From NCBI RefSeq assembly GCF_018977255.1, contig NW_024704744.1, positions 310,001 through 374,000 on the forward strand: 64,000 nt of DNA, in the 5' to 3' direction. Shown piece by piece: positions 12,527-26,814 of this stretch; the stretch's first letter is position 1, and the number at the start of each line of letters is the position of its first letter. The DNA comes from Callorhinchus milii (Eukaryota). Under the pieces are notes generated by a model. That model saw only the letters and a program-made list of their open reading frames with translations. It ran no database searches and was not told where the DNA came from. The position numbers and the translations under genes were made by a program.

Positions 12527-15500
12527 CATAGCTACAATAGGCAGGGTTACGACAGACAAAATTGTCTGTGGCTGTTATGCTCGTGTGTAGCAATGTCACT
12601 GTAATGACAATATCAAAGTTCATAAACTGTGGGTAAACATCTCGTTTCTCATTTCTCTGGAACTGGCTGCTCATAATAGCAGCCATCACATTAAGGAACC
12701 AGAAGACGTGTTGGTGTTGCAGCTGTATTCCTATGTTCTCGTTTTTCTTCTCTTTTACTTTCTTCCAATGTTACTGGACTTTTTGTTTTGGTCAGCCTGG
12801 TGTCCTGACACGTGCAGAAATCCACCACCATGCTTACCCAAACCAAACTGAGAATTCCACAGATCCCACCTGCATATGGAAATTACAGAGGTAGATTGCT
12901 GGAATGGATGCTCCCCCTCTCCCAGATGGACCATCCTGTTTACCTAATGCTGGAAAGTATTAGGTGTAAGTTGGCAAGAATTAAGGCTAAGGGACCCCAA
13001 AGTGTGCGTTGGGGTAACTGCTGGAGTCTAACCAGCTAAAACCACATAGTTTGCCATTGAAAGCACTGTCTGGCCAGCTTTCCCGCTGCTTTTCCAGCTA
13101 CGACCTGTCACGGAGCTTTGTATTTTATACCCAGTGCTTCAATGGTTAGAGTTGGGGCTTCTCAAGTCGGGAGGACATAACCAATATCCCGTTTCTATTA
13201 AGAAATTTAAAATACATACTTCTCGAAATAACTTTAAAACATTTAATGGACATGAATTCATAATTTTACATTACTCAAAGCCTTAAGGTAAGTCAGAGTT
13301 GTCATACATAAAATGCTGGGATTTACGGTTTGAGCAGAGGAGTGAGATGACCCACTTATTTTTTACAAGGCCTTCCAAGCTGTGACTTTATTAAAACCTA
13401 ACAACCCGAGGCTACCTTGCATATAAGGAATACAATATTTTAAGATGTACAACAACAGGAGCAAATATAACAATCACACCTAACGATAACAACTGGCAGC
13501 ACAATACTACATCAATAAAATAATTCCCGTACTAGTACCCACGTGTTATATTACTCTGCAGGCTGCTGGTTAGAGCTTCTTAGCTGACTGTCAATCGAGC
13601 CGCCCTGGATCAATACATCCTTGCACATGTGTGTAGGCTGCTCCCCCCCTCTCTCCCCATGGTCCTGATCAACCCCACTCCCCCGCGCTCTCACCATAGC
13701 CCTGATCAAGCCCTCTCGCCTGCTCTCCCCATAGCCCTGATCAACCCCACTCTCCCGCTCTCTCCCCACAGTCGTGATTTATCGGTATTGGGACCACTGC
13801 TCGCTAACTCTGTGCTGCAAAGCAGCCTCTGCAACATGGAATCTTATGGAACAATAACAACAACAAAATGATATTTATGGAGCGCCTTTCACGTCGGGAG
13901 GACGTCCCAAAGCGCTGAACAGTCAGGTGTCGGGGCCCGAGCATGGGGGAGGGGTGGGGTGAGGGAAGGCGGAGAGGTGGGAGGGAGACCAAAGGTGCGG
14001 TCGAAGAGAAGGGTCTTGAGACCGGCCTTGAAGGAGGCAAGGGAGGAAGCGAGGCGAAGGGACCATGGGATGGAGTTCCAGAGTGTGGGGACAGAGAGAC
14101 TGAAAACCCGGCCACCGATGGTATGGCGGGTTGGGCGGGAGACATGGAGCAGCCCGGAGCCCGCTGACTGGAGGGAGCGGGCAGTTTGGTAGGGAGTCAG
14201 CAGGTCAGAGAGGTAGGAGGGGGCAAGGCCTTGAAAGTGTCCAGGGAACCCATTTAAAGGGACAGACTTGCCCATTTCCCTTCGATAGTATTATTTACAC
14301 ATGACAAAAGACTGCAAGAATAGGGTAACCATGACAAACGAGTTTGCCAGTTCCCTGGTCATGACATCACCACTGCTCTTCGTGGGTTGGAAGCACAGTG
14401 ATCAAGCCATCAAGTGTATCACATCCCTTCCTCCCACATGCAGCCAAAACTGAATCAAGATTCACTTTAGTCACCGGGCAAGGATCTGGACACACTGATG
14501 GTGAACGGAGGATACGAGGTACAAGAAGGAGGTGGGAGGCAGTCGAGCAGAGGCAGTGATTTTCCTTCCTGCTTCAGAGAATAAGCCGGACAGAGAGGTA
14601 GAGAGGTGCCATCAGGGATTTCAAGATGAGTGTGAGGATCTTGAAATCGATCCATTCGGTGACAGGGAGACTGTGGAGCCTGGCTACACCTAATGTGATG
14701 GGAGTATGGAGTTTAGTGAGGGTGAGTATGTAGGTGGCGGAGTTTGGGATTAATAATAATAATTCTTCAGGTCTTCGGTACGTCTCAAAGCTCTTCACAG
14801 AATATACTGTGAAGTTACATAGAACCACATAGCATATGCAGCACAGAAACAGTCCATTCGGCTTAATTGGTCTTTGCCGGTGTTTATGCTCCACATGAGC
14901 CTCTCCTGCCCTTCCTTAACTAAGCCTTCAGGCATCACCTTCTACTCCTTTCTCCCTCATGTACCTCTCCGGCTTCCCCTTAAATACATCTGTGCTGTTT
15001 GCCTCCACAACTCCTTGTGGCAGCACGTTCCACATTCCCACTACCGTGTGTGTGAAGAAATGTCTCCACGTATGTTTCGCGGAACGTGCATTTGTAATTT
15101 GTCCCGTCATTTGCTGCATCTACCGTTATCTTATCCTTATACTCCAGTAGAAATTAACTCCCAAGTTCTACATCAATGTCCTCGAGCCCCGCGTTGGCCA
15201 CCAAGTGCGACGGTTCTCACTCCTTGTCAGTGCTCAAAGGTGTCGCTGTCCAATGGTCGAGTCACAATTAGTCGCTTAGACAGGTATTCCCAGATACTCC
15301 AATGCCCGGTAACTGGGATGTCTAATCGGGGTCTGCTCGCGCTACCAGAACTTCGATGTCGACAGCTACTCTCTGAAGTGCTTACTCCTTTTCTTGTTTT
15401 AAATTATTACAGAGACTCGAGGATACATTCGGTAACAACAACAGCTGTTTATTAAGACCTAATAACCCGAGGCCACCTTGTATATAAGGAACTCAACAAT

Positions 15501-16879
15501 GTGAGATAAAAAATAATGGGATCAAATATAACAAATACTCATTACTATCACAACTGGAAGCACAATCCTACATTAGTATAAAGCAATTACAAATCTTACC
15601 TAACAAATCTAACAGAATGTTTTGAAGAGGTGACTGCGAGGATTGATGAGGGAAATGCGGTGGACGTTATTTATTATTTACATGGATTTCAAAAAGGCTT
15701 TTGACACAGTACCGCATAAGAGATTAATAAAAAAAGTAGAGGCCCACAGTATTAAGGGAACAGTGGCAGTCCTGATCAAACCCACTCCACCCCTCTCTCC
15801 CCATAGCCCTGATCAACCCCACTCCCCAGCTCTCTCCCCATAGTTGTCATTTTATTAGTAAACATTATTTGACCCATCAGAGCTCCCAATACCGCTCATC
15901 ACTGTCAATCACCCTGAGAAAGGAAAAATCCTGCACTCCCAACTCTCCAATTGGCTCCAGATGTCACGCTTCCATTGGCTCCTTTCCACCCACCCTGCCG
16001 CCCACTGTTACGTCAGCCCATCGCGTACGCTGGTGGTGAAGTCCCATCCTTCCCACCACCCACAAAGCAAAACACAAAACTGCCATACATGCGTGATGGG
16101 TTTGTTTTTGATTGGCTCGCGCCAGTGTCTCTGCACCTCAGGGTCTGACAGCATCAACCTCCACTGTTGTGCACTATAACTCACCGCCATCCAGGAATCG
16201 AGGTGTCTTTTTCGACCCTCAACTGTCTTTTCTCCCCCACATCCAAGCCATGACCCGCTCTGCCTTCCCTCACCTCCGTAACATCGCCCGACTCTGCCAC
16301 TACCTCACCCCTCAGGCCACTGAAACTCCTGTTCATACCTTCATCACCTCAGGCTGGACTATGCGAACCTTCCTGGTCGGCCTTCCCACCTCCCTCCACA
16401 GCTGCAGATAATCCAGAACTCTGCAGCCCGTGTCCTCTCCCGCACCAAACTCCGTGACCCCATCTCCCCCACTCTCGCCCGACTCCATTGGCTATCTACC
16501 AACCCACCGCTCCCTCTGCTCAGCCGGCTCTGGCTGCTCCACGTCCCCCGACCCACCCGCTCCATCATTGACAGGAGAGCCTTCAGCCACTCTCCCCCAA
16601 CCTCTGGAATTCCATCCACCAATCACTCCTCCTCGCCCCCTCCTTAGCCTCCTTCAAATCCTGCTTCAAAACCCTCCTCTTTGACCAGCCATCAGTTCCC
16701 ACCCTTCCCCTCCCTGACCCCAGCGCCGTGGGCCGTCCTCCCGATGTGAAAGGTCTACACTGGTAATCTGGATGTTGTTTAGGTCATTGCTCATCAACTG
16801 TAGGAGATCCAATCAAAGGGTTATAGCTCATGAAGAAGAGAAGATCTTATCAAAGTTACGCGAACTGAAGGGGTTTACT

Positions 16880-17173
16880 TCACATTCCCTCTCTCTCTCT
16901 CTCTCTCTCTCACATTCTCTCTCTCTCACATTCCCTCTCTCTCACATTCCCCCTCTCTCTCTCTCCCTCACATTCCCCTTCTCTCTCTCTCTCTCTCTCT
17001 CACATTCCCCTCTCTCTCTCTCTCTCACATTCCCTCTCTCTCTCTCACATTCCCTCTCTCTCACATTCCCTCTCTCCCTCACATTCCCTCACTCCCTCAC
17101 ATTCCCTCTCTCTCTCCCCCTCTCTCACATTCCCTCTCTCTCACATTCCCTCTCTCTCACATTCCCTCTCTCT
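16880..17173. repeat. (CT)-rich / cacattccctctct repeat adjacent to the gap
   Basis: Direct inspection. Confidence 0.85.
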
Positions 17174-17198
17174 NNNNNNNNNNNNNNNNNNNNNNNNN
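17174..17198. other. Assembly gap (25 N)
   Basis: Run of n. Confidence 1.
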
Positions 17199-20100
17199 AA
17201 CCCTCCCACAGGAGCCCTCCCACAGGAGCGCTAACACTCCAACAGGAGCCCTCCCACTGAGCGCACCAACAGGAGCCCAACCACTGAGCCCTCCCACAGG
17301 TGCCTTCCCACTGTGTCCAACTACAGGAGCCCACCTACTGAGCCATCACACAGAGCCCACCCACTGAGTCCCCTCACAGAGGCCTCCCAATGAGCCCTCC
17401 CACAGGAACCCTCCCACTGAGCCCTCGCACAGGAGCCCTTCCACTGAGCCCTCCCACAGGAGCCCTCCCAATGAGCCCTACCACAGTAGCCTTCCCACAG
17501 GAGCCCTCCCAATGAGACGTCCCACAGGAGCCCTCCCACAGGAGCCCTCCCACTGAGCCCTCCCACAGGAGCCACCCCGCAGCTGCCCTCCAACAGATCC
17601 CTCCCACAGGTGCCCTTCCACTGAGCCCTCCCACAGGAGCCCTCTCACAAGAGCCCTCCCACTGAGCCCTCCCGCAGGAGCCCTCCCACTGAGCCCTCCC
17701 ACAGGAGCCTTCCCACTGAGCCCTCCCACAGGAGCCCTCCCACAGGAGCCATCCTACGGGTGCCCTCACACTGAGCACTCCCACAAGAGCCTTCCCACTG
17801 AGCGCTCTCACAGGAGCCTTCCAACTGAGCAATCCTACTAAGTATTCCCACAGGGGCCCTCCCACAGGAGCCCTAAGCCTCCCACAGGAGTCCTCCCACA
17901 GGAGCCCTAACCCTCCCACAGGAGCCCTCCCACAGGAGCCCTAACCCTCCAAAAGGAGCCCTCCCACAGGAGCCCTCCCACTGAGTCATCGCACTAAGCC
18001 ATTCCACAGTAGCCCTCCCACTGAGCCCTCCCACAGGAGCCCTCACACTAAGACCTCCCACGAAGCCCTCCCACAGGAACCCTCCAACTGAGCACTCACA
18101 CAGCAGCCCTCCCACTAAGCGCTCCCACTAAGCTCTCCCACAGCAGCCATCTGGTGTTTAGAGGCCAGTGTTTAGTGGCTGCAGCTTGTGTTCAATGGCC
18201 GGTGTTTATCAGCTGCAAGCTCGTGTTCAGTTGCCGGTGGTCAGTGGCTGCACTCTGGTGTTCAGTGCCCGGTGTTTAGTAGCAGCTTCTGGTGTTTGTG
18301 TCTGCTGACAGAGTGCACCTCTATATCGTCTGATGTTACAACGTGTATGTAGATCTTTATATGTGTGTGTCTGTGTATGTGTGTCCGCGTGTCTTTGTTC
18401 CTTTGTCAGTGTGTGCGCATCTGTTGCTGGTGTTCAGTGGCTGTAGCTGCTATTCAGTGCCAACTAACTGGTGTTTGGTGGCCGGTGTTTAGTGGCTGGT
18501 GTTTCGTGGCTGCTTGCTGGTATTTATTGGCAGCCAGCACTCCCACTGTGCCCAACTATAGGAGCCCACCAACTGAGCCCTCACACAGAGCCCACCCACT
18601 GAGTCCTCTCACAGCGGCCTCTCACTGAGCCCTCCCACAGGAGCCCTCCCACTGAGCCCTGGCACAGGAGCCCTCCCACAGGAGCCATCCCACAGGAGCC
18701 CTCCCAAATGAGCCCTCCCACAGGAGCCTTCCCACTGAGCCCTCCCACAGGAGCCGTCCAACTGAGAACTCCGACTAAGACCTCCCACAGGAGCCCTCCC
18801 ACAGGAGCCATCCCACAGGAACCCTCACACTGAGCCCTCCCACAGGAGCCTTCCCACTGAGCCCTCCCACAGGAGCCTTCCAACTGAGCACTCCGACTAA
18901 GTCCTCCAACAGGAGCCCTCCCACAGGAGCCCTAAACTTCCCACAGGAGCCCTCCCACAAGATCCCTCCCACTGAGCCCTCCCACTGAGCCCTCCCACAG
19001 GAGCGCTCCCACAGAAGCCTTCCCACTGAGCCCTCCCACAGGAGCCCTAAGCCTCCCACAGGAGCCCTGCCACAGGAGCCCTAACCCTCCCACAGGAGCC
19101 CTCCCACGGGAGCCCTAACCCTCCAAAAGGAGCCCTCCCATAGGAGCCCTAACCCTCCCACAGGAGACCTCCCACAGGAGCGCTAACCCTCCCACAGGAG
19201 CCCTCCCACTGAGCACACCAACAGGAGCCCAACCACTGAGCCCTCCCACTGGAGCCCTCCCACTAGAGCCCTTCCACTGAGCCATCCCGCAGGAGCCCTC
19301 CCACTGAGTGTTCCCACAGGAGCCTTCCCACTGAGCCCTCCCACAGGAGCCCTCCCACAGGAGCCCTATTCCTCCCTAAGGAGCCCTCCCACTGAGCCCA
19401 CCAACAGGAGCCCAACCACTGAGCCCTCCCACTGTGCCCTCCCACAGGAGCCCTCCCACTGTGCCCAACAACAGGAGCCCACCCACTGAGCCCTCACACA
19501 GAGCCCTCCCACTGAGTCCTCCCACAGAGGCCTCCCACTGAGCCCTCCCACAGGAGCTCTCCCACTGAGCTCCCCCACTGAGCCCTCCCACAGGAGCCCT
19601 CCCACAGGAGCCCTCCCACTGAGCCCTCACACAGAACCCACCCACTGAGTCCTCCCACAGAGGCCTCCCACTGAGCCCTCCCACAGGAGGCCTCCCACTT
19701 AGCCCTCCCACAGGAGCCCTCACACTGAGCCCTCCCACAGGAGCCTTCCCACTGTGCCCTCCCATAGGAGCCTTCCAACTTAGCACTCCTACTCAGTCCT
19801 CCCGCAGGAGCCCTCCCACAGGAGCCCTAAGCCTCCCACAGGAGCCCTCCTACAGGAGCACCAACCCTCCCACAGGAGCCCTACCACAGGAGCCCTAAAC
19901 CTCCCACAGGAGCCCTCCCACAACGTCCCTCCCACTGAGACCTCCCGCTGTGCCCAACTACAGGAGCCCACCCACTGAGCCCTCACACAGAGCCCACACA
20001 CTGAATCCTCCCATAGAGGCCTCCCACTGAGCCCTCCCACAGGAGCCCTCCAACTGAGCCCTCCCACAGGAGCCTTCCCACTGAGCCCTCCCACAGGTGC

Positions 20101-22072
20101 CTTCCAACTGAGCACTCCTTCTAAGTCTTCCCAACAGGAGCTCTCCCACAGGAGCCCTAAGCCTCCCAAAGGAGCCCTCCTACAGAAACACAAACCCTCC
20201 CACAGGAGCCCTCCCACAGGAGCCCCATCCAAGGCTGCACTCTCCAGCTTTCAGAGCCATCAGGAACCTCGGGGTTCTGTTCGACCCTGAGCTGTCCTTT
20301 CTCCCCCATATCCGCGCCACAACTGGAACCGCCTTCCATCACCTCCGGAACATCGCCAGACTACGGCACTACCTCACCCCTCACGCGGCTGAAACTATGG
20401 TCCACGTCTTTATCACCTCAAGGCCGGACTATGGGACCTCTCTCCTCGCCGGCCTTCCCGGCCCTCCCTCCACACTGCAGGTCATCCAGAACTCTGCAGC
20501 TCGTGTACTGTCCCGCACCAGACACCGCGCCCACATCACTCTCACCCTCACCCTCACCCTCACCCTCGCCCTCGGCCTCACCCTCGCCCTCACCCTCGCC
20601 CTCGTCCTCACCCTCACTCCCACCCTCACCCTCACCCTCGCCCTCGCTCGCCTCCACTGCTCCCCATCCCCCAGAGGATCGAATTCAAGATCCTCACCCT
20701 CACCTACAAGGCCATTCACGGACTCGCTCCCTCCTACCTCTCCGACCTACTATCCCCCCATGTACCTGCCCGTACCCTCCGTCCCTCTGGCTCCGGTCTG
20801 CTCCACATCCCCCGCCCCAACCGCCCGACCATCGGTGGCCTTCAGCCTCTCAGCCCCGAGGCTCTGGAACTCTATCCCCAGTGCCTTCGCCGCTTCCTCC
20901 CTTTCCTCCTTCAAGGCCGGTCTCAAAACCTTTCTCTTTGACCGAGCCTTCAGTTCCGTCTCGACTCTCCCCCTCCTCGCTCCCTCCCTTCCCTCCCCTC
21001 ACCCTGACCATTCCCCCCTCCTCGCTCCCTCCCTTCCCTCCCTCACCCTGACCATTTCCCCCTCCTCGCTCCCTCCCTTCCCTCCCCTCACCCTGACCAT
21101 TCCCCCCCTCCTCGCTCCCTCCCTTCCCTCCCCTCACCCTGACCATTTCCCACAATGCTCGGGTCCTGACCCAATTGTACAGCGCCTTGGGACGTCCTCC
21201 CGACGTGAAAGGCGCTCAATAAATGGAATCTTGTTGTTGTTGTTGTTGTTGTAACCCTCCCACAGGAGCCCTCCCACTGAGCCCAACAACAGGAGCCCAA
21301 CCACTGAACCCTCCGACAGGAGCCCTCCCACTGTGCCCAACTACAGGAGTCCACCCACTGAGCCCTCACACACACACCCACTGAGTCCTCCCACAGAGGC
21401 CTCCGACTGAGCCCTCCCAGAGGAGCCCTCACACGTAGCCCTCCCACAGGAGCCACACCGCAGCTGCCCTCCCACAGAGCCCTCCCACAGGTGCTCTCCC
21501 ACTGAGTCCTCCAACAGGAGCCCTCCCATAGGAGCCCTCCCACTGAGCCCACCAACAGGAGCCCAACTACTGAGCACTCCCACTGAGCCCTTCCACAGGA
21601 GCCCTCCCACAAGTTCCCTCCCACTGAGCCCTCCCACAGGAGCCCTCTCACAGGAGCTCTACCACTGAGTCCTCCCACAACAGCCCTCTCACAGGAGCCC
21701 TCCCACAGGATCCCTCCCACAGCAGACCTCCCACAGGAGCCCTCCCACTGAGCCCTCCAACAGGTTCTCTCCCACTGAGCCCTCCCACAGTAGCCCTCCC
21801 ACTGAGCCCTCCCACAGGAGCCCTCCCAAAGGAGCACTTCCACTGAGCCCACCAACAGGAGCCCAACAACTGAGCTCTCCCACTGAGCCCTCCCACAGGA
21901 GCCCTCCCACTGAACCCTCCAAAAGGAGCCCTCCCATTGAGCCCTCCCACAGAAGCCCTCCCACAGGAGCCCACCCACAGGAGCCCTCCCAATGAGCCCC
22001 CAAAATGAGTCCTCCCACAGGAGCGCTCCCACTGAGCCCCGAAAAGGAGTCCTCCCTCAGGAGCCCTCCCAG
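17199..22072. repeat. 13/14-bp C-rich satellite (gagccctcccacag / gagccctcccact)n in three blocks, split by a different repeat (~18150-18540) and an L2 piece
   Basis: Direct inspection; begins right after the N gap. Confidence 0.92.
20233..21253 (+). mobile_element. L2 3' fragment embedded in the satellite, with a (CCCTCA/CCCTCG)n expansion
   Basis: Colinear with the 3' part of 8903-12055; (TTG)n tail. Confidence 0.85.
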
Positions 22073-22599
22073 ATGAGTATAGATAAAGATGACGTCTGTC
22101 TGTGTGTTATTCTACATTCCGTATAAGGATCCTTCGGCTGCAAGTGAAGCTGTAACAGTAGTATACAGTATATGTCAGTTTAACATTGGTGGGAGGAAAG
22201 ATAGTGGAATCCTTACTGAAAGAGGTGATAGAAAAACATCCAGAAACCAAAAATATAACAAAGAATAGTCAGCACGGACTTCAAAAAGGAAGGTCCTGCT
22301 TGACCAACCTCATTGAATACTATTGAAGAGGTAACAGGAAGAGTAGACAAGGGTAGTGCAGTCGATGTAATATATTGGGATATCCAAATGGCGTTTGATA
22401 AGGCACCGCATAATAGATTAATTGTCACGGTACCTCTCAGTAAACTGTAAATGATATATATAACTATATAATATTTAAGCCTTTCCCTTTAACTGGATTG
22501 TGGTTAAGGAAATGATTTAGTTACAAAAGCTGTTTGCAATATCTGGGCTGGAGGTTGCCTGATTGACAGGTAACAGTCAGCAAACTGTCAGCAGAATAT

Positions 22600-23600
22600 T
22601 CATAGATTCATAGAATGTTCCGGCACAGAAGGAGGCCATTCGGCCCATCGAGTCTGTGCGGCTCTTTGACAGAGCGTCACTTTCACTGACCCCAATCACC
22701 AGCTTTCTCCCCATAACCCCACAAACCCGTCTTCCCCGATACCTGTCCAGTTCTCTCTTAAAAGCTGTTATCGAATCGGACTTCACTGCCCTTTCGGGCG
22801 GATCATTCCAAATTCCAACAACTCGCTGAGTGAAAACATTTCTTCTAACCCTCCCCTCTGCTTCTTTTGGTGATATCTTCAGACTGTGACCGCGGGTCAC
22901 AGACACACCGACCAGCGGAAACAGCTTGTCCTTATCTCGCCTGTCGAAACCTTTCATGATCTTGAAGACCTCTATCAGGTCCCCGCGTAACCTTCTCTGC
23001 TCTAATGGGAAAAGTCCTCACTTCTCCCGCCAGTCCTCATAGCTAAGGTTCCCCATTCCTGGTATCATTCTCGTGAATCTCCTCTGTACCCTTTCCAGTG
23101 CCTTAATGTCCTTCCTGAGGTAATGTGCCCAGAACTGGACGCAGTCCTCCAGCTGAGGCCTCACCAGCGTTTTGTACAGATTAACCATAACCCCTACTCT
23201 TATACTCTATGCCCTACTAATGAAGCTCAGTACACCAAATGCCCTTTTTACTGCCCTATCTACCTGTCCCACTACCTTTAATGATTCGCTTACTTGAACA
23301 CCCAGATCTCTCTGTACGTTCAACCCCCTTAAGATTGAGTTCCAAGTCTATATTGCCTCCTATCATTTTTCCTCCCTAAGTGTATCACCTCACACTTATC
23401 CTCATTGAAATCCACCTGCCACCAGTCAGCCCATTCCACCATTCTGTGTGTGTCTGCCTGCAGTTGGTTACAGTCCTCCTCATTATTTCCTTCCCGACCT
23501 AACTTGGTATCATCTGCAAACTTGGAAATAGTGCTCCCTGTGCCCCATTCCAGATCATTAATATATAGTAGAAAGAGCAGTGGTCCCAATACCGATAAAT
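22600..23600 (-). mobile_element. CR1 RT 3' portion, nearly identical to 38690-39690
   Basis: Translation nearly identical (ISPKEAEGRVRRNVFTQRVV). Confidence 0.9.
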
Positions 23601-24559
23601 CATGACTGTGGGGAAAGATCGGGAGAGTGAGGTTGATCAGGGCTATGGGGAGAGAGCGTGGGAGTGGGGTTGATCAGGGCTATGGGGATAGAGTGGGGGA
23701 GTGGGGTTGATCAGGGCTGTGGACAGAGCGGGGGAGTGGTGTTGATCAGCGCTACTGGGAGAGTACGGGGGCGTGGGGTTCATCAGGGTGTTTGTGTGTG
23801 TGTGTTAGCCACAATCTCAATAACAGATTGACGTAGAGAGATGATTTATACGTCATCGGAAAGGTCTTGCAAGTTGGAGTGTCGTGGGCATATTAGTGCG
23901 GGGATCTCCTATCATTTGGTGAGCTATGACCCAAAAAGCTCATAACACATGTATGGCAGTTTTCATTTTCGCTGCACCTCGTGGCCGTGCTGACTCCACG
24001 TGGTATGGTGGAATTGTGCGTCAGAGAGCACATACATATGCAGATGAAGCCAAGCGGCGGGAACAAGATAAACAACAACAAGAAAATTACATTTGTACAG
24101 AGCCTTTCACGTTGGGAGGAAGTCCCTGTGATTATGAATTTATATTGATCATTGTAAGATAGTTAAGATAACAACAACAACTTGGATTTATATAGCACCC
24201 CCCACGCCGGACAGCGTCTCAGAGCGCTTCACAGTAACGAATCCTGGGGCCGAACCAAGGGGAGGGGGAGGAGCCAGGACAGGTGAGGAGCCAGGGGAGG
24301 GGGAGGAGCCAGGGGAGGGGGAGGAAGGTGATCAAAGAAAGGTCTTCAGCAGAGACCTGAAAATAGGCGAGGGGGCGAGACGAAGGGAGTGAGGGAGGCA
24401 GTTCCAGAGCCTCGGGGCATAGTGGCTGAAGGCACGGCCACCGAGAGTGGAGCGGAGGACTCGGGGGTCGAGGAGTAGGCCAGACCCGGAGGAACGAAGG
24501 CAATGAGTACTGTTTTGAGGAGAGAGGAGGTCAATAAAAGGATCAATAAAAATGCTGAG

Positions 24560-26460
24560 CAATGGAGAGAAGGCTGATTAAATGAAACTGAAGAACAAAG
24601 AACAACATGGCTGGACTTCATTGCTGAAAGGACTGCAAGAGCAAGGCAAATTGAGTTTCCCACTCAAAGAATAGCACAGCTGGATCTCAATGCTGAAAGC
24701 ACTGCAAGAACGCGGCAAAGTGAGTTGCTCACTCAAAGAACAGCACTGCTGGACGTCGATGCAGAAAGGCATGCAAGATCACGGCAAAATGACTCCCAAC
24801 ATCAGAGGTCACTCCATTTAGCTGGGCTCAACTATGATCCAGGCAGAGACTACGAACTAGATGGCGTCCATCATATTGGGAATATGTGGAACATATGTGC
24901 CCATTTGGAGCCATGAATGGTCAAAAGAAGTTCTTTCCATGTGTTGCTCGCTTGGCAAGGTGAAACCAAAGCGACTCACAGAGCCACTGAAAAGTCTGCT
25001 GGATGGCACATCAAGTGATTCTTGACATTTTCCAGCAAACCTTAAGAAATATAATTCATGCTTCCAGGTGACCTCTTTTGGTGCAACTAGAGAAATTATA
25101 GAGCCAGGCTACATGCCAACATTTAACATAACATATAGGAGCAGGAGGAGGCCATTCGGCCCTTCGAGCCTACCCCACCATTCAATCATGGCTGATCTTC
25201 TAATCTAACTCCAGTTAATACCATAACACTGCCTTATCCCCATATCCCTTAATCCCTTTTGCAATAAGAAATATAACTATCTCAATCTTGAATATGTTCA
25301 AGGACTGAGCGTCAACAGCCCTTTGGGGTGGTGAGTTCCATACATTCACCGCCCTTTGAGTGAAGAAGTTCTTCCTCAACTCAGTGTGAAAGGGTTGGCC
25401 TCTGATTTTAAGGTTGTGAGCCCTGGTTTTAGTTTCTCCAACCGGGGGACACAATCTCCCACTATCCACTCTATCATGGCCTTTGATGATCTTATAGGTT
25501 TCTATAGCATCCCTCTAATTCTTCTATATTCTAGAGAATATAGGCCCAAATTGGTCAGCCTCTACTTGTAACTCATCCCCTTCATTCCTGGCACTAACCT
25601 AGTAAATCTATGCTGCACCCCCTCCAAGGCAAGTACATCCTTACTTAAATATTTAAAGTATAAGGCCAAGAGTATCACTTATTGGGATCTCTAAACATTT
25701 TGCCTAAGGAGTCGCCAAAACTCTTACAGATCTACTTAATGACGAACTGAGAAGAATAAGCCATGTAGCATGGAATCAATTTTCTGGTGTTGAACAAAGT
25801 CTTCATACTAGAGCTGCAAGACATGCTTCATAATAGTGATACGTACCTCAGGAGTTTCAAGTCTATGCAGACAACACACCTACTGACCAGCACGAGCGAC
25901 GATACAATACACTTAACTACTGACGAAGTAGCCATCCTGATTGTGGGTGAAGAACATGGTAAACGGGACATTGTGTTGCAGCAGCGTGACAACAAACTCA
26001 AACGTGTGTGAGATTAACTGGGCATACGATGCCCTCCAGTATCCAATCTTACTCCCAGAAATGGCAAACATATCCCAGCACTGGACAGTCAAGGCCTGAC
26101 ATAAAGGTGACTTCTATGGATCTTTATGCACACAGGTTGCTTCAACCTAAATGCAATTACAACATTCTTCTGCAGTCAATTCATTGTAGCATGTGGTGCC
26201 AAGATCAAACCAGAGAGACTTCTTTTTTTGCGCTTGAACCAGAAGAAACTCGGCTGAGGAGTACATTCATTTGCGCAATGAACTTATAGACGATGGTGAC
26301 ACCAGCAACGTAGGTCAACTGGTCATCTTGCCATCCAGTTTCACTGGGAGCCATAGTTTATGTGCAAAAGAACTCAGAATGCATTGTGCTATGTGCGAGA
26401 ATATGGGCAACCTGACCTGTTCATCATATTCATCTGCAACCATAATTGGAAGGCGATCAA
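24560..26460 (+). mobile_element. Decayed Helitron Rep/helicase N-terminal fragment, interrupted by a CR1 piece (~25130-25640)
   Basis: Helitron Rep motifs across frameshifts: NYDP..DY..IGNM..C, KYNSCFQVTSFGA (25041-25085), ELQDMLH, EVAILIVG..RDIVL, VILPSSFTGS (26322), YVREYGQPDLFIIFICNHNW. Confidence 0.85.
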
Positions 26461-26814
26461 TTTTGGACCCTCTAGCACTTTGCCCCTTTCCAGGGCCGTA
26501 ACCATGTCTTTAATCAATATTGCCACACCCTCCCCACACCCTACTTTTTTCCCTTCCTTATCCCTTCTGAATACATTATAGCCAGGAGTATTCAGCTCCC
26601 ATTCCTGCCCTTGTTTGAGCCAAGTGTCTATTATCCACTACATTATAATCCCATGTGGCATCTTGAGCCGCAGCTCACCAATCTTATTTATCACACTTTG
26701 CAATTCTCCCCTGTCTAATCCCTCCTTTTTCTGGATTACTCCTTATTGCATTGCTGTTCATCTCTCCCAGTCCGCTATGGAACTTGTTTCTCTGCTCTGA
26801 TGCTGCATCCTCGT

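Noticed and set aside
17199-22072. Ig class-switch-like region
   Set aside because: G-rich, with AGC (WRC) in each unit, but lacks dense AGCT palindromes and has no adjacent C exons.
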